Source: the human T2T-CHM13v2.0 reference genome, Homo sapiens. Taken from it: DNA of 64,000 bases. Location of the stretch: NCBI RefSeq assembly GCF_009914755.1, contig NC_060946.1; one strand, written 5' to 3'. How positions within the stretch are numbered: the stretch's first letter is position 1; the number at the start of each line of letters is the position of its first letter. Below the pieces are notes generated by a model. That model ran no database searches. It saw nothing but the letters and a program-made list of their open reading frames with translations, and was not told the DNA's origin. Made by a program: the position numbers and the translations under genes. Positions 47,593-61,900 of the stretch are shown here, in pieces.

Positions 47593-49416
47593 CAGGTCAA
47601 GATAACATTTGCAAAGGCAAGGCATCTTCCCCTCCCCATTTCTAGTTTCATGAACTGTGCACAGGGATATGGGGCTGTTCGAGGTACTTTTGGGCTGACC
47701 AAGGCTCAGAGGCTACTGACAGCTTTGCTGCAAGTAACTTCTAGGCCTTGTGGGTCCCAGTGCAGGGAACCCATGTGCGGTGACACTGGAGAAGCCATCT
47801 GATCCAGGTCTCTCACTTGACAGATGGGGAAACTGAGGTCCAAAGAGGTACAGCAGCTTGGTTTAAGAGATAGAGATGGAACTGGAACAAAAATAATAAC
47901 CATTTGATAATATTTTAACATTTATTGATTTGTTTTTATATGCCAAGACCTTTTAAAGCATTATCTCCTTTAAACTCTCATAACCACTCATTGAGGTAGG
48001 CACTCCTATTTCTACTTTGCAGATGAAAAAAATTGGGACTTAAGAGGAATTAAATATGAAAGCAGCTACTATTTGTTGACAGCTATTTTAAGATCTTTAT
48101 ATACATATATACATGTAATAAATTCTATTCTTTACTATAAACATACATGTCAGAAATTATTAGTGTTATCATCCTTGTCCTCCTCATTCCACTTTGCAGA
48201 TGAAAATACTGAAGCTGAGAGAGACTAGGTAACTTACCTAGTATGTACCTACATAGTGAAGCCAGATTTGAGCCGGACCTCCTGACTCCAGAGTCCGAGC
48301 AATCTCACCAATTCTGCCCACGGTCACCCCACTGCATGATGGCAGAGCTAGTATTTGAGCAGGTGTGTCTGTTCTGTGGTCTGTGGTCTTCACCGCCCCA
48401 CTAGACAGCCTGGATTTTTCTGCTCTTGAGTCTCAACACTTTCTGCCTTACTGTGCCACTAGTAAGGAACAGAACAGGGAGGTTTTTGACCCCAGCACTG
48501 ATTGAAGGGCCCAGGCAAAGCAGGCTCGTCTCCTCTGGCTTGGCTGGTTCCCAGGCTGCCCTAACCCATGAAGCCAGATTCTTGGCCAAGTTAAGCAGGG
48601 TGGGAAGAACACTTGTCCATTCCGCCTTCCCAGTTGGGCGAGGTCAGTGTACCAGGTTGGAAAGTGGTATGTGTCTAATTGCAGGGGCGGGGGTAGGGGG
48701 GAGGCCAGAGGATTAACACTCTTTAAATAGACATCAGAAAACTAAGAATAGCCTTGCTGCCTGGTAATTGATGGGCATTCCTGACTACGGGCCACACACT
48801 CAGTAGGTGCTCGATAAACATGGGTGAAATACAGGAATAAACAAATACTGAAAATGGGTCATTGGGTGAGCACTTAGCCAGTAAAAATCTGTGCTTTGTA
48901 TAAAAAGAACTTTGGACTGAGGTTATATGAGTCTTCCTGCAGGCTGGAGACCTCTGTTACCTTTACTTCTCTACTTTTGTTGTCTTGAGACCAGCTTTTT
49001 TATTTTTGGTGAGGAGAACAGCAGGCAGTTCAAATGTCAGGGAAAGACAAGTTCAGCTTGCTTTTTCCTTATTTCTGTCTTGTTACCTGCTATCCTGCCA
49101 GGTTAGAAAGATGGAATCACTCCCTTTTGCCCTATCATCAAGACTTCAGTGTTCCCTGGAGCACTCTAAATTTGCCATCAGACTTGGATCATCCTCTAAT
49201 ACCAAGCTCCTGGGTCCTTCCTGAAGGCTGCCTCCTTGTCTTGCTGAGAAGAATTAAGGTTGCTTCCCTGGGAGGAATTCAGCAGCACCTCTTGTAAGTC
49301 ATCAGGTGTGCTGTAAGGATGGGGCAGGCAACATTTCTTTGTACTGTGGGAAGGCCTAAATCAGTGTTTCTCAAGGTGTGATCCTTGCACCACCAATCTT
49401 AAGAAATGTTCTTTGG

Positions 49417-49711
<295 letters not shown>

Positions 49712-52700
49712 TTATTTGGGAGAGCTGTTTATTGTATTCCCCTCTTGGAGAGACATGTGGCTATTAGCATAGTAAAAGCTCTGAGAAGTCCTGCTGCATG
49801 GTGACCTGTTTGGCTCTGTTTAATCCAGTGTTCTCTGAACATATCTAGCCAAGGAACTAATTTTCCCAAGAAGCACCTACAAATGCAGTTGGTGAGACAC
49901 TGCCCAGATGAGGATTCTGAAAACCCCTTTTGCCCACTTGCCTGCCATTGTGATTGCTGAGTAGGGAAGAAGAAATTAGGAAGTATCATCTGCATTACAC
50001 AGGGAAGCTGCTCTCCTAGGGTTGCCAAACAGAAATGGCTGTAGTGGTGCCAGTGGGTGCTTTGTAGGGACCAGAAGAAAAAGGAGGAAGGGAAGGCTGA
50101 CCTTCAAGGTCACACATTTGCCAGATTTAAAGTTCCTTCCTGTGGTCATGACTTGTTTTATAATCTTGCTTGGCTCAGTTCTGGGCACACATCAGATTTT
50201 TAAATCCTAGGATCTTGTTTATACCGTTAAGGACATGATTGAAGGACATTGTGGTGAGTGTGAAGGTGAGATGTTTCTGATTGAAGGTCCATGGGGCAGG
50301 CACCCTGCGAGCAGGTAATGAACAGTAGGGGACATACCGGTGCAACCCCACCCTGGTCCCCTGGTCGTCTGGGCCAGATCTCTCCCCTCTCTGTTCTATA
50401 CTTCTCTTACATCACCGTCCTACCTAATCATTTTACCGATAGGAGCACCTTTGGGATTCTGATTAAAGCTATGCATACAAATTTCAAGAGCTTCAGAAAT
50501 TCTCCTAAAAGCTATCTTGGATCATTAGAACACTTGCCCTAGAGTATCACTGAGTCAATAATGGTGTTGAAACTAAACAGCAACAAAATCCCCCCAAAAA
50601 GGTAACCTAACTTAGTCTGAAATTGTCTGAAAATTAATGGCACTGCCAGTTCAGTGGCTGCTCAGAGCGTTTTGGTGAAGAAATTGGCTGATGGATATTT
50701 TGCAGTAGTCTACAGGATTTGACGTGGGATGCCATCTTTATGGACATGGCTCTGCTGGGCAAAGCAAGGACGGGCACATCCAGCCTATGCGGTCCATCAG
50801 GGGCACTCACATTTAGAATGGGGGAGTCTTAGTTAGCCCAGGGGCTGGGGGCAGCATGGTAGTGTAGAAAAAGGGGCCAGTGCCTCCAGAAAATGGGACC
50901 CCAGGCCTGGCTCTGCTCCTTCTGCTGTGTGATTCTGGTTGAGTGGCCTTCCCTTTGAGTCCTCTGGATGAAGTTAAGGAGAAGTCTTGGGTTCTCAAGT
51001 AGTCACTATTCAGACTCTCGCTTTCAGAGTATTTAAAGGAGGAAAGGAAACAGAAGGATAGGGCTGGTGGACTTAAAAGGCCGTGTGTTTGCCGCCACCC
51101 CATTTGCTCCCAGGGCTGGGTGTTTGTCTCCCCTCCGGCGCTGGGCCTCCTGCTTGGCCTCCAGCTCTTGCACCATTAACTGCAGTCAGAAAAGCTGATG
51201 TCACTGTGGCCGGCCTAGGGGGAAAGTCTCAGGATAAAACTGCTTCCACCTGGATCTGGAGAAGGGGAAGTGACTGGCAAGAGATTCGCAGGTAGGGCTC
51301 AGAGACCAGGAGGAATCCAGTCTGGGTAAGAATTCCCTGTCATGGGGCTCTGAAGCCACGGGCCAGGCAGGTAGTGGATTTCAAGCCAGCCAGCGGGGTC
51401 ACTTGGCCCCTGCAGCTACTCCTCGCCCCCTCCTGCATAATTTCCTATTTCCTGCCTCCTCCTCCTCTGACACAGTTATAAATAACCTCGAGGCTGGCCT
51501 CTGCGCTTAAGTATAGGTGAGCCAGAGGAAAGTGGAGGGGATCAAGGTGGAGCTGGATCTGCCACTTGGCCAGGGGGTCACAGGGTTTCAGATTGCTCAG
51601 GGGAATTTTGTTTTCTTGTTTTTTCCACTAGGGAGTGAGGTAGTGAAAGAGGAAATAAGCTGTGTTGGCATGGGGAGGCTTGGCCTTGCAGGCCGGTGCT
51701 GGGTTTCACCCGCAAGGAGCTGCCTCTCTGCTCACTGCAGATCCCCAGGACCAAAGGTCTGGAAAGAGGCTTAGTGAGAAGGCATCTCAGGACACAAAGA
51801 GGACACGATGCCTTGCTGGTGAGGTCCTGCGGTCTCCTTCTCGAGGCCCAGCCCGGCCCCATATTGGAGGCCAAACATGTAGAAGGGTGTATCTCATTTT
51901 TTACCTTTTTTTCTCAACCACCAGCCAACGATGGGTATGTGATTTCTAAGGATGTCCATTGACTATAAAGGTCCCATTAATACATATGCTATGGACAGAT
52001 TCTCTCCTTGAACACAGGTTTATGGAGCACCTACTATATTCCAGGTGCTGGGCAGAGTGCTAAGGTCACAAAAATGAATCAGCTGTGGCCTCTACAGCCT
52101 GTTCCCCTCTTGGCATAGATCTGCCCTTCCCCCTCCACAGTCTGGACAATCAAGGACCTGGAGTAAGCACACTCTAGGGGCCGCGTCTCCCAGCATATCT
52201 TTTGTTTTCGAAAGTTCAAAAAACAGAAGAGGAGGATTCTGAAACAGCAAACTTGCTGGGTCATCCATAGAGTATATTAACTGGCTATCTTGCTATCTGT
52301 CCATAACTTGCTACCTGTCCATAGTGTATATTAACTTCCTGGGAGCCCACTCACTGCCTGACTTCCTGTTCTGCGCATGGGCCCAAGGGAAGTTCTCGCA
52401 ACCATAGTTTTCTGTGATATCCATCCTACCACATGGCTTCCTGGGAAACCCATTAGCTTTTTTGTTTGTTTTAGAGCCCAAGGGAATCAGGGCCTTGAGG
52501 GGATTTTTTGGTGTGGGGGGTGGTGCAAGCTTCTAACACTGAGAGTGGGTGCTTTTCTGATTCCTATGAAGGTGGAGTGTAGGTGTCGTTCCTGGCTCAG
52601 CAGAGTCAGCCCTCTCATCCTATTCAGGCCGTCTCTGAGGCTGGCTCCTGTGCCCAAGCCCTTCCTCACTCCCTCAGGGCATGATCACAGGGCATTTCCT

Positions 52701-52721
52701 TAGCATTCCTCCTTTCTCCCC

Positions 52722-52916
52722 TGTGTGTGTGTGTGTGTGTGCGTGCGCGTGTGTGTGTGTGTGTGTGGTGTGTGTGGTGTGTGTTCTACTCCGTGTGTGT
52801 GTCATCCTCTGCTCATCCACCCATTCCACTGCGTGTGTGTGTGTGTGTGTGTGTGTGTGGTGTGTTCTACTCCGTGTGTGTGTCATCCTCCTCTGCTCAT
52901 CCACCCATTCCACTGC
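52722..52916 (+). repeat. (GT)n-anchored tandem duplication, period about 84 bp
   Basis: GTGTTCTACTCCGTGTGTGTGTCATCCTC...CCCATTCCACTGC occurs twice, each copy preceded by (GT)n. Confidence 0.93.
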
Positions 52917-53839
52917 AGCACCTAGCATCACCTAGGGGCCTGGAAAACCTGCACCTGAAAGCCGTAACTCCCCGGCACCTGGCTGGTTGACTTCTTCCCC
53001 CTTAACCCCATTTACTTTGAGGATGGAGGTAGTCTTTAGGGTCAGGCTGAGATTTGTCCTGACCCATGCTTAGTTGGCACATCTTGCTTCTGCAACATGC
53101 TTGCTTAGGGTTGGGCAGGGGCCCGGAGAAAACAAGTCGTGGCATCACCAGGACCTGATTACCCCCAGGCACCAAGGAGCACCTGGGACCAAGGGGAGGT
53201 TTGGGGCTTGGGATATGTTTTAGGGTGAAGGATCACAGAAGCTTACTCATACCTATTTGAAAGCCAAGTCAACAGATGTGGGTTCTTGGAAGGAGAAAAG
53301 GAGGTTAACTGCTTACTTATTAGATTAGAAGTGATGTATGAATGATAAAGAGCAGAGTTTGCCAGATATTGCTAATTAATTCTCTCACTGCTTATTTTAT
53401 GGATGATAAAGGGTAGGGAGAGACATGTTAATTGGCTTCAAGGTCTCTGAGCCAAGCATGACCAATCCGAGAAACCCAGGTGGCTTCATGCTCTTTCAAT
53501 ATGATCTCATCCCTGCACTAGAGAATTTATATTTTTGAGCATAAAGAATACCCACCGGTGCAATCTCCCAGGCTCTTCTGAAGGGTTTGGAGAGACAGTG
53601 GAGGATGTCAAAAGAGATGAACTTAGAGTCAAAAAAAGCAGAGATGGAATCCCGTCTCTGCCTTTTACCACTGGAGTTAGTTGACTAAAATGTAAACTCT
53701 GAGCCTTGGTTTTCCCAATTGCAAAATGGGAAAGACCCCATTTATAATGCAGGTGGGTGAGAGATGCCAGCAGTGACAGGGACTTTCAGTAAAGGCTGAG
53801 CTGAAGCTGAATTTGAAAAGCACATTCTTTACGTTCCAT

Positions 53840-53995
53840 TGAAGATCTGCACTTGCTCTTCTGCTAACCGCTAAGGTGTCATCAGTGCTGTGCTATTAAA
53901 ATCAGAAGTCAAAGAAGGTGGGTGTGGCCCTCATAGCCAGAGTTGATAGAAATGGATTTATTAATATAATGGATGGTCCATAGAAAGGTGAATGA
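53840..53995 (+). repeat. Dispersed direct duplication, copy 1 (donor)
   Basis: 153/156 identical to 55145-55300. Confidence 0.98.
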
Positions 53996-54338
53996 CCTGG
54001 TTAACAGACAGGGATGGAGTGGAGACCTGTCTGCCCTGGTCTTCAGGCTGGTTCTGAAATCACAGAATTAAGATGATCTCAGCTGAGGGGCAAGGCAAAT
54101 CGGATGGAAGAGCGGAGGCCCAGAGAAGCGAAGCCCTTTCCCAATATCTCACAGCAGGTGGGGAGTGGGGGAAAGCAGCTTCCAGGGGGTGGATTCCTGA
54201 ACCAGGTATTTGTCACTGTCCCACGTAGCTCCTCTTGTCACCATATGTCCCACTCAGTGGAGGGATACTTCCTGCAAGACAAAGAGGGCCTCATGGTTCC
54301 CCCGTCACTCACTGCCTTCCACTCCCTGCTTCTGATTA

Positions 54339-54764
<426 letters not shown>

Positions 54765-54974
54765 TCACATTTCCCCTGCATGCCCTGCGTGGGATGTGCT
54801 CCATGTGCTGATGCCTCTGGGGATTTCCAGATGATGTCCCTGGACTTGGCAGAGCAGTGTGGGGAATCTGGGACTTGCACTTCCTATCCTCATGGAGTCT
54901 GGTCTCTCACCTTCACAGGCCACTAAGAGGAAAGGCAACTGGTGTGACGTCTGGGGAGGGAAGTATGTTCCTGT

Positions 54975-55560
54975 GCATCGAAAGCCTCAAACATGTGCAT
55001 ACACTTTAACTAGCAATCTTACTTCTAGAAATTTAGTCCTAAGAAATAACTAGGTAATGGAGTCCATTGCTACATTGTTTATCCCCAAATTAATCTAAAT
55101 GTCTATTGCAAATAGACTGCTTAGATTATGGTGCGTTCATACAGTGAAGATCTGCACTTCCTCTTCTGCTAACCGCTAAGGTGTCATCAGTGCTGTGCTA
55201 TTAAAATCAGAAGTCAAAGGAGGTGGGTGTGGCCCTCATAGCCAGAGTTGATAGAAATGGATTTATTAATATAATGGATGGTCCAAAGAAAGGTGAATGA
55301 AAGAGTCATAAAAGATGTTGAGGTAGTTCTCTATTGATGCCAGAATAGCCCTATGGTGCACTTTTGAGTAACAGAAGCCAATTTGTTAAAAACAACAACA
55401 ACAACAACAAAAAAAAACAGAGAGAGAGAGATGAATGTGCATCCAGATGCTTAGAGAAGAGTCTGAATGTCTGTATACTAAATATCAACACTAGTTACTC
55501 TGCGCTGTGGGATTTTGGATGATTTTAATTTGATCCAGTGTTTTCTGGAAAATAAAATTT
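54975..55560 (+). mobile_element. L1ME-like fragment, interrupted by the duplicated segment 55145-55300
   Basis: TAGCAATCTTACTTCTAGAAATTTAGTCCTAAG...ATTATGGT..CATACA. Confidence 0.65.
55145..55300 (+). repeat. Dispersed direct duplication, copy 2 (inside an L1ME-like fragment)
   Basis: 153/156 identical to 53840-53995. Confidence 0.98.
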
Positions 55561-55687
55561 CACTACATTGACACATCATTTGATAATCAGATAAAAGAAC
55601 AATGGTGGGAAAGCAAGGACTCAAGTGACCCTTGCTTTTGGGTCTAGAGCATCATGTAGGAAGCCAGCACAGCCCATCCCTTTCCTA

Positions 55688-55703
55688 GGCGCCACCTTCT
55701 GGC
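55688..55703 (-). promoter_or_regulatory. Candidate CTCF site
   Basis: Minus strand reads GCCAGAAGGTGGCGCC, close to the CTCF core CCASYAGRKGGCRS. Confidence 0.5.
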
Positions 55704-56474
55704 TCCTGGTGGGACTTGTAAGTCCCGTGGTCAGTTACCTGATTGCTCTTACGGACCTGACGCTGGAAATCCTCTCTCTCCAAGGTCCCTGCAGGAGATG
55801 GGACCTGCCACAGAGAATGCCGCAAGGGATGTTTCTGTTGGGAGCTGTGAGTGGGGTGGATGTCCTCTGCCTCTCTTAAATAGATGAGCTAGATTTGAAC
55901 CTGGGGCTGGCCAAAGGGAGTCTCCTCTCAGAAACCAGGATGCAATGGGCCGTCTGTGTCCCAGCCCCAAAGCAGCCAGGGTCCAGTGGATTAGCACAGA
56001 GCCGACCAGGCCTGGAGGGTGGTGGTCTGGGATTGGGTGAGCAGCCACCAGCAGGAATAGCAATTGGAGGGAAGGAGAAGCATTGCCAAGAGCAACTTAG
56101 GGGGCCGTGAGTGCAGGTCTCTGGACAGACAGCATGGTAACTGGCTGAGGCAGGAAGAAGCTTGGTGGGCTCCCATGGTGCTAATAATAGGCCGTGTAGG
56201 AGCAGGGGAGGCAGCTCCAGACTTGGAGTGAAAAGACGTGGGGTGCAGTCAGAATGAACTCCCCAGCCATCCATGTGGTCTCAGGCAAGTCACTCTGCCT
56301 CCAGAGCCCCATGTCCACTCCTATAAGATGGTACATCCCCACAGTGCCCTGCCACAGGTGATTATAGGTGAAGGTCTTCTGACACCTATACGTCTAAGGG
56401 TCATGGAGTGACATCTTATGAAGTCAGCATATAGAAAGTCAAAAAACCCTTACATTCCTGTAAAATACAGTGCA

Positions 56475-56832
<358 letters not shown>

Positions 56833-57857
56833 TTACTATTTTTTTTTGTTGTCAAGTACCCTCAGGTTGAGCAGCTGAGATGCTTTTAGGGAGTGAGACA
56901 ATCTCAGGATCTGTCTTTAAACCCCGTAGTCATATAGGGACTGGCACCACCAGAGACAACAGCAGATCCCTGTCTGGAGCTCACTGAAGAATCAGGGGTG
57001 GGAGGAATTGCCCTTTTAAAATGGAGTGTATATATGTATATATTTTTTGCATAATTAAATAATATATATATGTCATTGAACTCAGGCTGGTTAGAGGCAT
57101 GCATGTATGATATAAATTCTCTGTATACAAATAAAAGGAAGTTACTTGTATTCGTTGAATGGGTTGTTATGATGACTCCCTTCATGGGAAACATTTGGAT
57201 CCATTTCCTCTGCTTTCGATGTTGTTCTTTCGCTTCTGAACCAGTGTTTGAGGCAGATGTCTTTGATACTGAGTAAAGACATGGCAGTTTGCATTCACTC
57301 TCTGACCAAAAGAGATGCTCCCTACTCTTGCAGAATACTGATTGCCCATGACAACCAGAGTACTTTTATAAGAAAAGGAGCACACAGAAGGCAGAAAGGG
57401 ACCTTGTTTGGGGAGGCGGCTTTGAGCAGTGACTTTATGACATAAACGATTAGGCTCTTCCTGGCCCCGCCTGTCTTGGGATATCTACTCAGACCCTGGA
57501 ACTTTGAAATCGCAGGCTGGGTTCAATGAGCGCAGAAAAGGGACAGGACTCAGGCAGATAGGATTTCTTTCGGGTTTGGTAAACAGCTGGCCTCTAGGGG
57601 TAGGGACAAGGGCAGTGGGTGGGAGGACTTGGGGGAGGGATGGGTGAGCTCGTGGGAACTGAGAAACTGTGTCTAGGGCTTCCTTAGTTATACTGAATGC
57701 TGCATGTAGAGGTCTGCAGGGTGGCCAGCTGATGGCTGGCGGAAGATCTGCTGACTTGGATTCAGTTACTACTAAAATGGCAGGTTTAGAAAGAGGAGAG
57801 AACTTCTAGATCCAGAGGAAATAATCAGGTAAGTATGCTAAGATGTGTGTATGTGTT

Positions 57858-58135
57858 AGCCAGGCACGGTGGCTCACGCCTGTAATCCCAGCACTTTGTG
57901 AGGCTGAGGCAGGTGGATCACCAGGTCAGGAGCTCAAGACCAGTCTGGCCAACATGGTGAAACCCCGTCTTTACTAAAAATACAAAAATTAGCTGGGTGT
58001 GGTGGCGGGCGCCTGTAATCCCAGCTACTCGGGAAGCTGAGGCAGAGAATCACTTGAACCCGCAAGGCAGAGGTTGCAGTGAGCCGAGATCATGCCACTG
58101 CACTCCAGCCTGGGCGACAGAGCGAGTTTCCATCT

Positions 58136-58172
<37 letters not shown>
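57858..58172 (+). mobile_element. Alu (AluSg-like)
   Basis: TSD AAGATGTGTGTATGTGT. Confidence 0.95.
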
Positions 58173-58174
<2 letters not shown>

Positions 58175-58621
58175 TGTGTGTATGTGTGTATGCTTATATA
58201 TATAATACATATTTATTTGTACATATGTGCATGTACAGATATAAACACACAAGGATGTTTATCATAGAGTTGTTTATAAAAGCATCCAACTAACATTTCT
58301 GTATCTATGCAATTGAAAACAACATAGCCATTCAAAGGGATGAGGCAGAGCTATATGAACTGATATATTGGGATTGAAATAAACCAGATCACCAAGCACA
58401 TTTTGGATGATTCTATTAGCAGGGGACATATCCACAAGTTTATAGTAGCATAGGGAAAAGTCTTGAAGGTAATATAAATATAAAGCATAGTTATAACTGG
58501 ACAGTGGGAGTTTAGGTCATTTACACAATTATTTTATAGGTTTTTGTTTGTTTGTTGACTTCTTTTTTTCCCAACCTTTCTTTAGTGAAGTTGTATTACT
58601 TAAGTTAAAAAGGAAATAATG

Positions 58622-58932
58622 AGCCTGGTGTGGTGGCTCACGCCTGTAATTCCAGCACTTTGGGAAGCCGAGGCAGGAGCATCACTTGAGGTCAGGAGTT
58701 TGAGACCAGGCTGGTCAACATGGTGAAACTCCATCTCTACTAAAAATACAAAAAATTAGCTGGGTGTGGTGGTGACACCTATAATCCCAGCCATTCAGGA
58801 GGCTGAGGCAGGAGAATCGCTTGAACCCGGGAGGCGGAGGTTGCAGTGAGCTGAGATTGTGTCACTGCACTATAGCTTGGGAGACAGAGCAAACTCCGTC
58901 TCAAAAATAAATAAATAAATAAATAAACAAAA
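58622..58932 (+). mobile_element. Alu (AluSx-like)
   Basis: Full dimer with (TAAA)n tail. Confidence 0.94.
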
Positions 58933-61900
58933 TTTAAAAAGGTAATAATGTAAGAAAATAAAGAGCATGGAGAAAGTAGAAAACCAGATAACCTCGGTCC
59001 TATTTTGTTAAATTTTGGGAAATTTCAGTATCTGCATTGTACAGATGACAGGCAGAATCTTGAGAAGTTAACACTTTAAAAGAAAGAAAGAAAAAAACTA
59101 GATATTCACTATGTGTCATCTTGTTGACTATTCTCTTCTCTGAACTTCCTGGCATCTTAGTTAGCCTATTTGAGCTGGAATAAAATGTACTACGTGTCTT
59201 CAGATTCTGCAAACATTTACCAGGCACCAGGGCGTCCACTATCCAGTCCCAAGCCTGCCACTCAGGAGTTCATGGGGGAGTGAGTGCATGTGGCAGGCAT
59301 TAGGCAGGGTTTTTGCATTCTGCTCTCCCACTTGATCCCTGTGACAACCCTAGGAGCCTGCTGCCACTGATCTTCTTATTCCACTTGAGGGAACCTAGAG
59401 GCAGAGACAGGATTTGAATCCAAGCCTCCAGCTCCAAACCCCAGCTGAAGGAAGCAAGCTGGAACCCAAGATGCTTTCAATCCCTGCTGCTCTGAGCACT
59501 GAGATTTGTTCACTGGAATGCTGGAGTTTTGCTGATCATTGACCTCGCAGGGGCCCACTCTGAAGTTAAAAATCCCCGAGTGAATAAATCTCCAGCCTCT
59601 CCTGCTGTTTCCTTCCCAGTTCTGAAAGTGAGGGCAGGAGAGATGAGCTTTGGCCAGGAATTCAGCGAGTGACTTTGCGTGGAGTGTCAGCTTCTCCACA
59701 TTGCTGGGTGTTAGCTTACCCCTGTCTGGCACCAGCAGCAAAAACAGAGCCAGGCGTGGCCTATAGCAAAGCTCCCAGTTTAAATATGTGAATTCATTTG
59801 GGCCTGGACAGCTGCATAGCTCAGGCTGGGCAGAATCTGCCACCCTACCCCGTTTCCTTGAAATCTATACAGGAACACAGTTCCAAATACCCTGGTGCCA
59901 GTCCCTGCAAGCTCCTACTTGTACAAATGGATTTTAAAACATGTGATGATATCTACCTCCTCCCGTACCTCTGGGCTTTTCTAGGTGTCAGCATGAATCT
60001 CATGTGAGCTTTACAATGACCCCAGAGTGGGTGGGCAAGGGAGAGGTGGTTATGACTATCATGAACTCCCTTGCTTTTACAAGCCCACTCCCCTACAATC
60101 CTTTCTCCAACAAGTAGACAGTGAACTTTAAAAAATGTCAGTCACATCTCTGCCAATGCCCTGCTCAAAGCCCTCCAGTGGCTTCTTAATTCCTCAAGAA
60201 GCTCTAGAAGTTTCTACGGGATCTGGCCTCTGTCTCCCTTGGCCTTGCTGTTGCCACATACTTCTAGCTATTCCTCAAATGCTCCAGGCTCCAAGTTTGT
60301 CACTGTCTCTTTTGAACTTGCTGTCCTCTCTTCCAGGAACACCTCATCCCCCAGATACTCACTGGCTGGCCCCTTCTCATCATGGAGGTCTCAACTCAAA
60401 TGTCACCTTCGTAGAGAGGCCTTCCTTGCCTCCCTTCCCCTCCTACCAGCCTCCTTGTCTATTCCCCTTTGCCTCCTAGCACCTGCCATCATATTGGGTA
60501 TTTGTCTTATTGTTTGGCCTGATTCCTCCTCCGTTACTTAGGCACCAGGAGAGTAGAGACCTTGTTGGTCTTGTTCACCATCTAGAAGATACTTGAAACT
60601 CTAACATTTGTTAAATGCAGGAAAGAATGCCCTTTTGACAGCTAGGAAATTGAGGCTGAGACAAGTGAAGTGTCTTGCCCTGGTTTCCCAGCTAGTGAGT
60701 GTCTGTGCTGGATTCAAACTTAGCTCTTATGCTCCAGCCTTCAAGTGGGGGAAACTCAAGAGGGCAAGTTCTTACGGGGCCACTTAGGAGCAGACAGCTT
60801 CTTAGGACAACATTCTTTTATGTTGATGTGAAGTAGCAAATCTTTCAGAGATACAGGCCTCTAAAAAATTCTGCCATCTGCCGGCTGCTGTGTTAGAGCC
60901 AGCCTCAGAAAAAGGTCAGAGATCCAATTCCTGGCTGGGTGCTGTGCACCCAGGAAAGAAGGAGCAGAATTGAAATAAGTCTTTTCCACTCTTCTAGAAG
61001 AGCCTTCTAGGCCACAGGCAGGGCATACCCATGCATAGACTTTAAGGGCCTTTATTTGGTCTGTTTGCTTCCCAGTTGGGGAAACAGGCCCAGGGACAGG
61101 AAGTGACCTGCCTGATGCTACCTCATGAGTTAGTGGTCCAGGCAGTTAGAACCAAGGTTTCCCAATCCAGCGGGAGTTCTTACCTACCCACTATAGACTT
61201 CTTGGCCGGTTCTGGGAGACTGAGCTCTTTCCTTCCCTGTGTTTGCCTCATCAGCACGCTGGACTGAGTGTTCCCAGATTCAGTGCTGGAGCCAGCGGTG
61301 GGGAGGGGAGTAGGGGCTGAAGAGTATATCAGCCAAGCTTGGGGGAGACAGTCACATAAGGAAATTCACACTCTTCCTCTCTCATTAGGGGGCCCCACAA
61401 TGAGGAGGGGAAAGACAAAAAACAAGGATCTTGGGTACATTGGTCCTTACCTCCCCACTGCCCCAGGAGCGGTCTTGAGGGTTGGAGGAGACTACCAGCC
61501 TCCTCCCTATAGTGGACTTGAACTTGGCACATGGAACCAGCTGAAACTGGCACCATTTCTACCCTCAGAGGGTACCGCTGAAGAAGACGGGCAGAGATGA
61601 AAGAGGAACTGCTTAATTCAGCTCGGCACTTCTTAGCAGCTCCCCCATCCCATTGCCGGCTTTAGTCCCAGGCCAGAGACCCATGAGGTGCGTTGAACAT
61701 TACTGATACCCTCTTTGATCTAAACCCTCCTTTCGTGATCACGCCTGGTGGCTCAAAGAATTGCTCCCCCAGCTTACTGTTCCTGTTGGTGCTGAAAGAA
61801 TGCTCGTAATTGTTACCAAACAGTGGACGGAGCAAGGCAACATGTCCCCTTTGCCCAGCTGGCTCCCAGTTGGCACTTCATTATGGCAAAGACAGAGGGG

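Noticed and set aside
52722-52916. Repeat-spacer-like pattern (CRISPR-like)
   Set aside because: Eukaryotic DNA; the spacers are duplicates of each other and the repeats are simple (GT)n.
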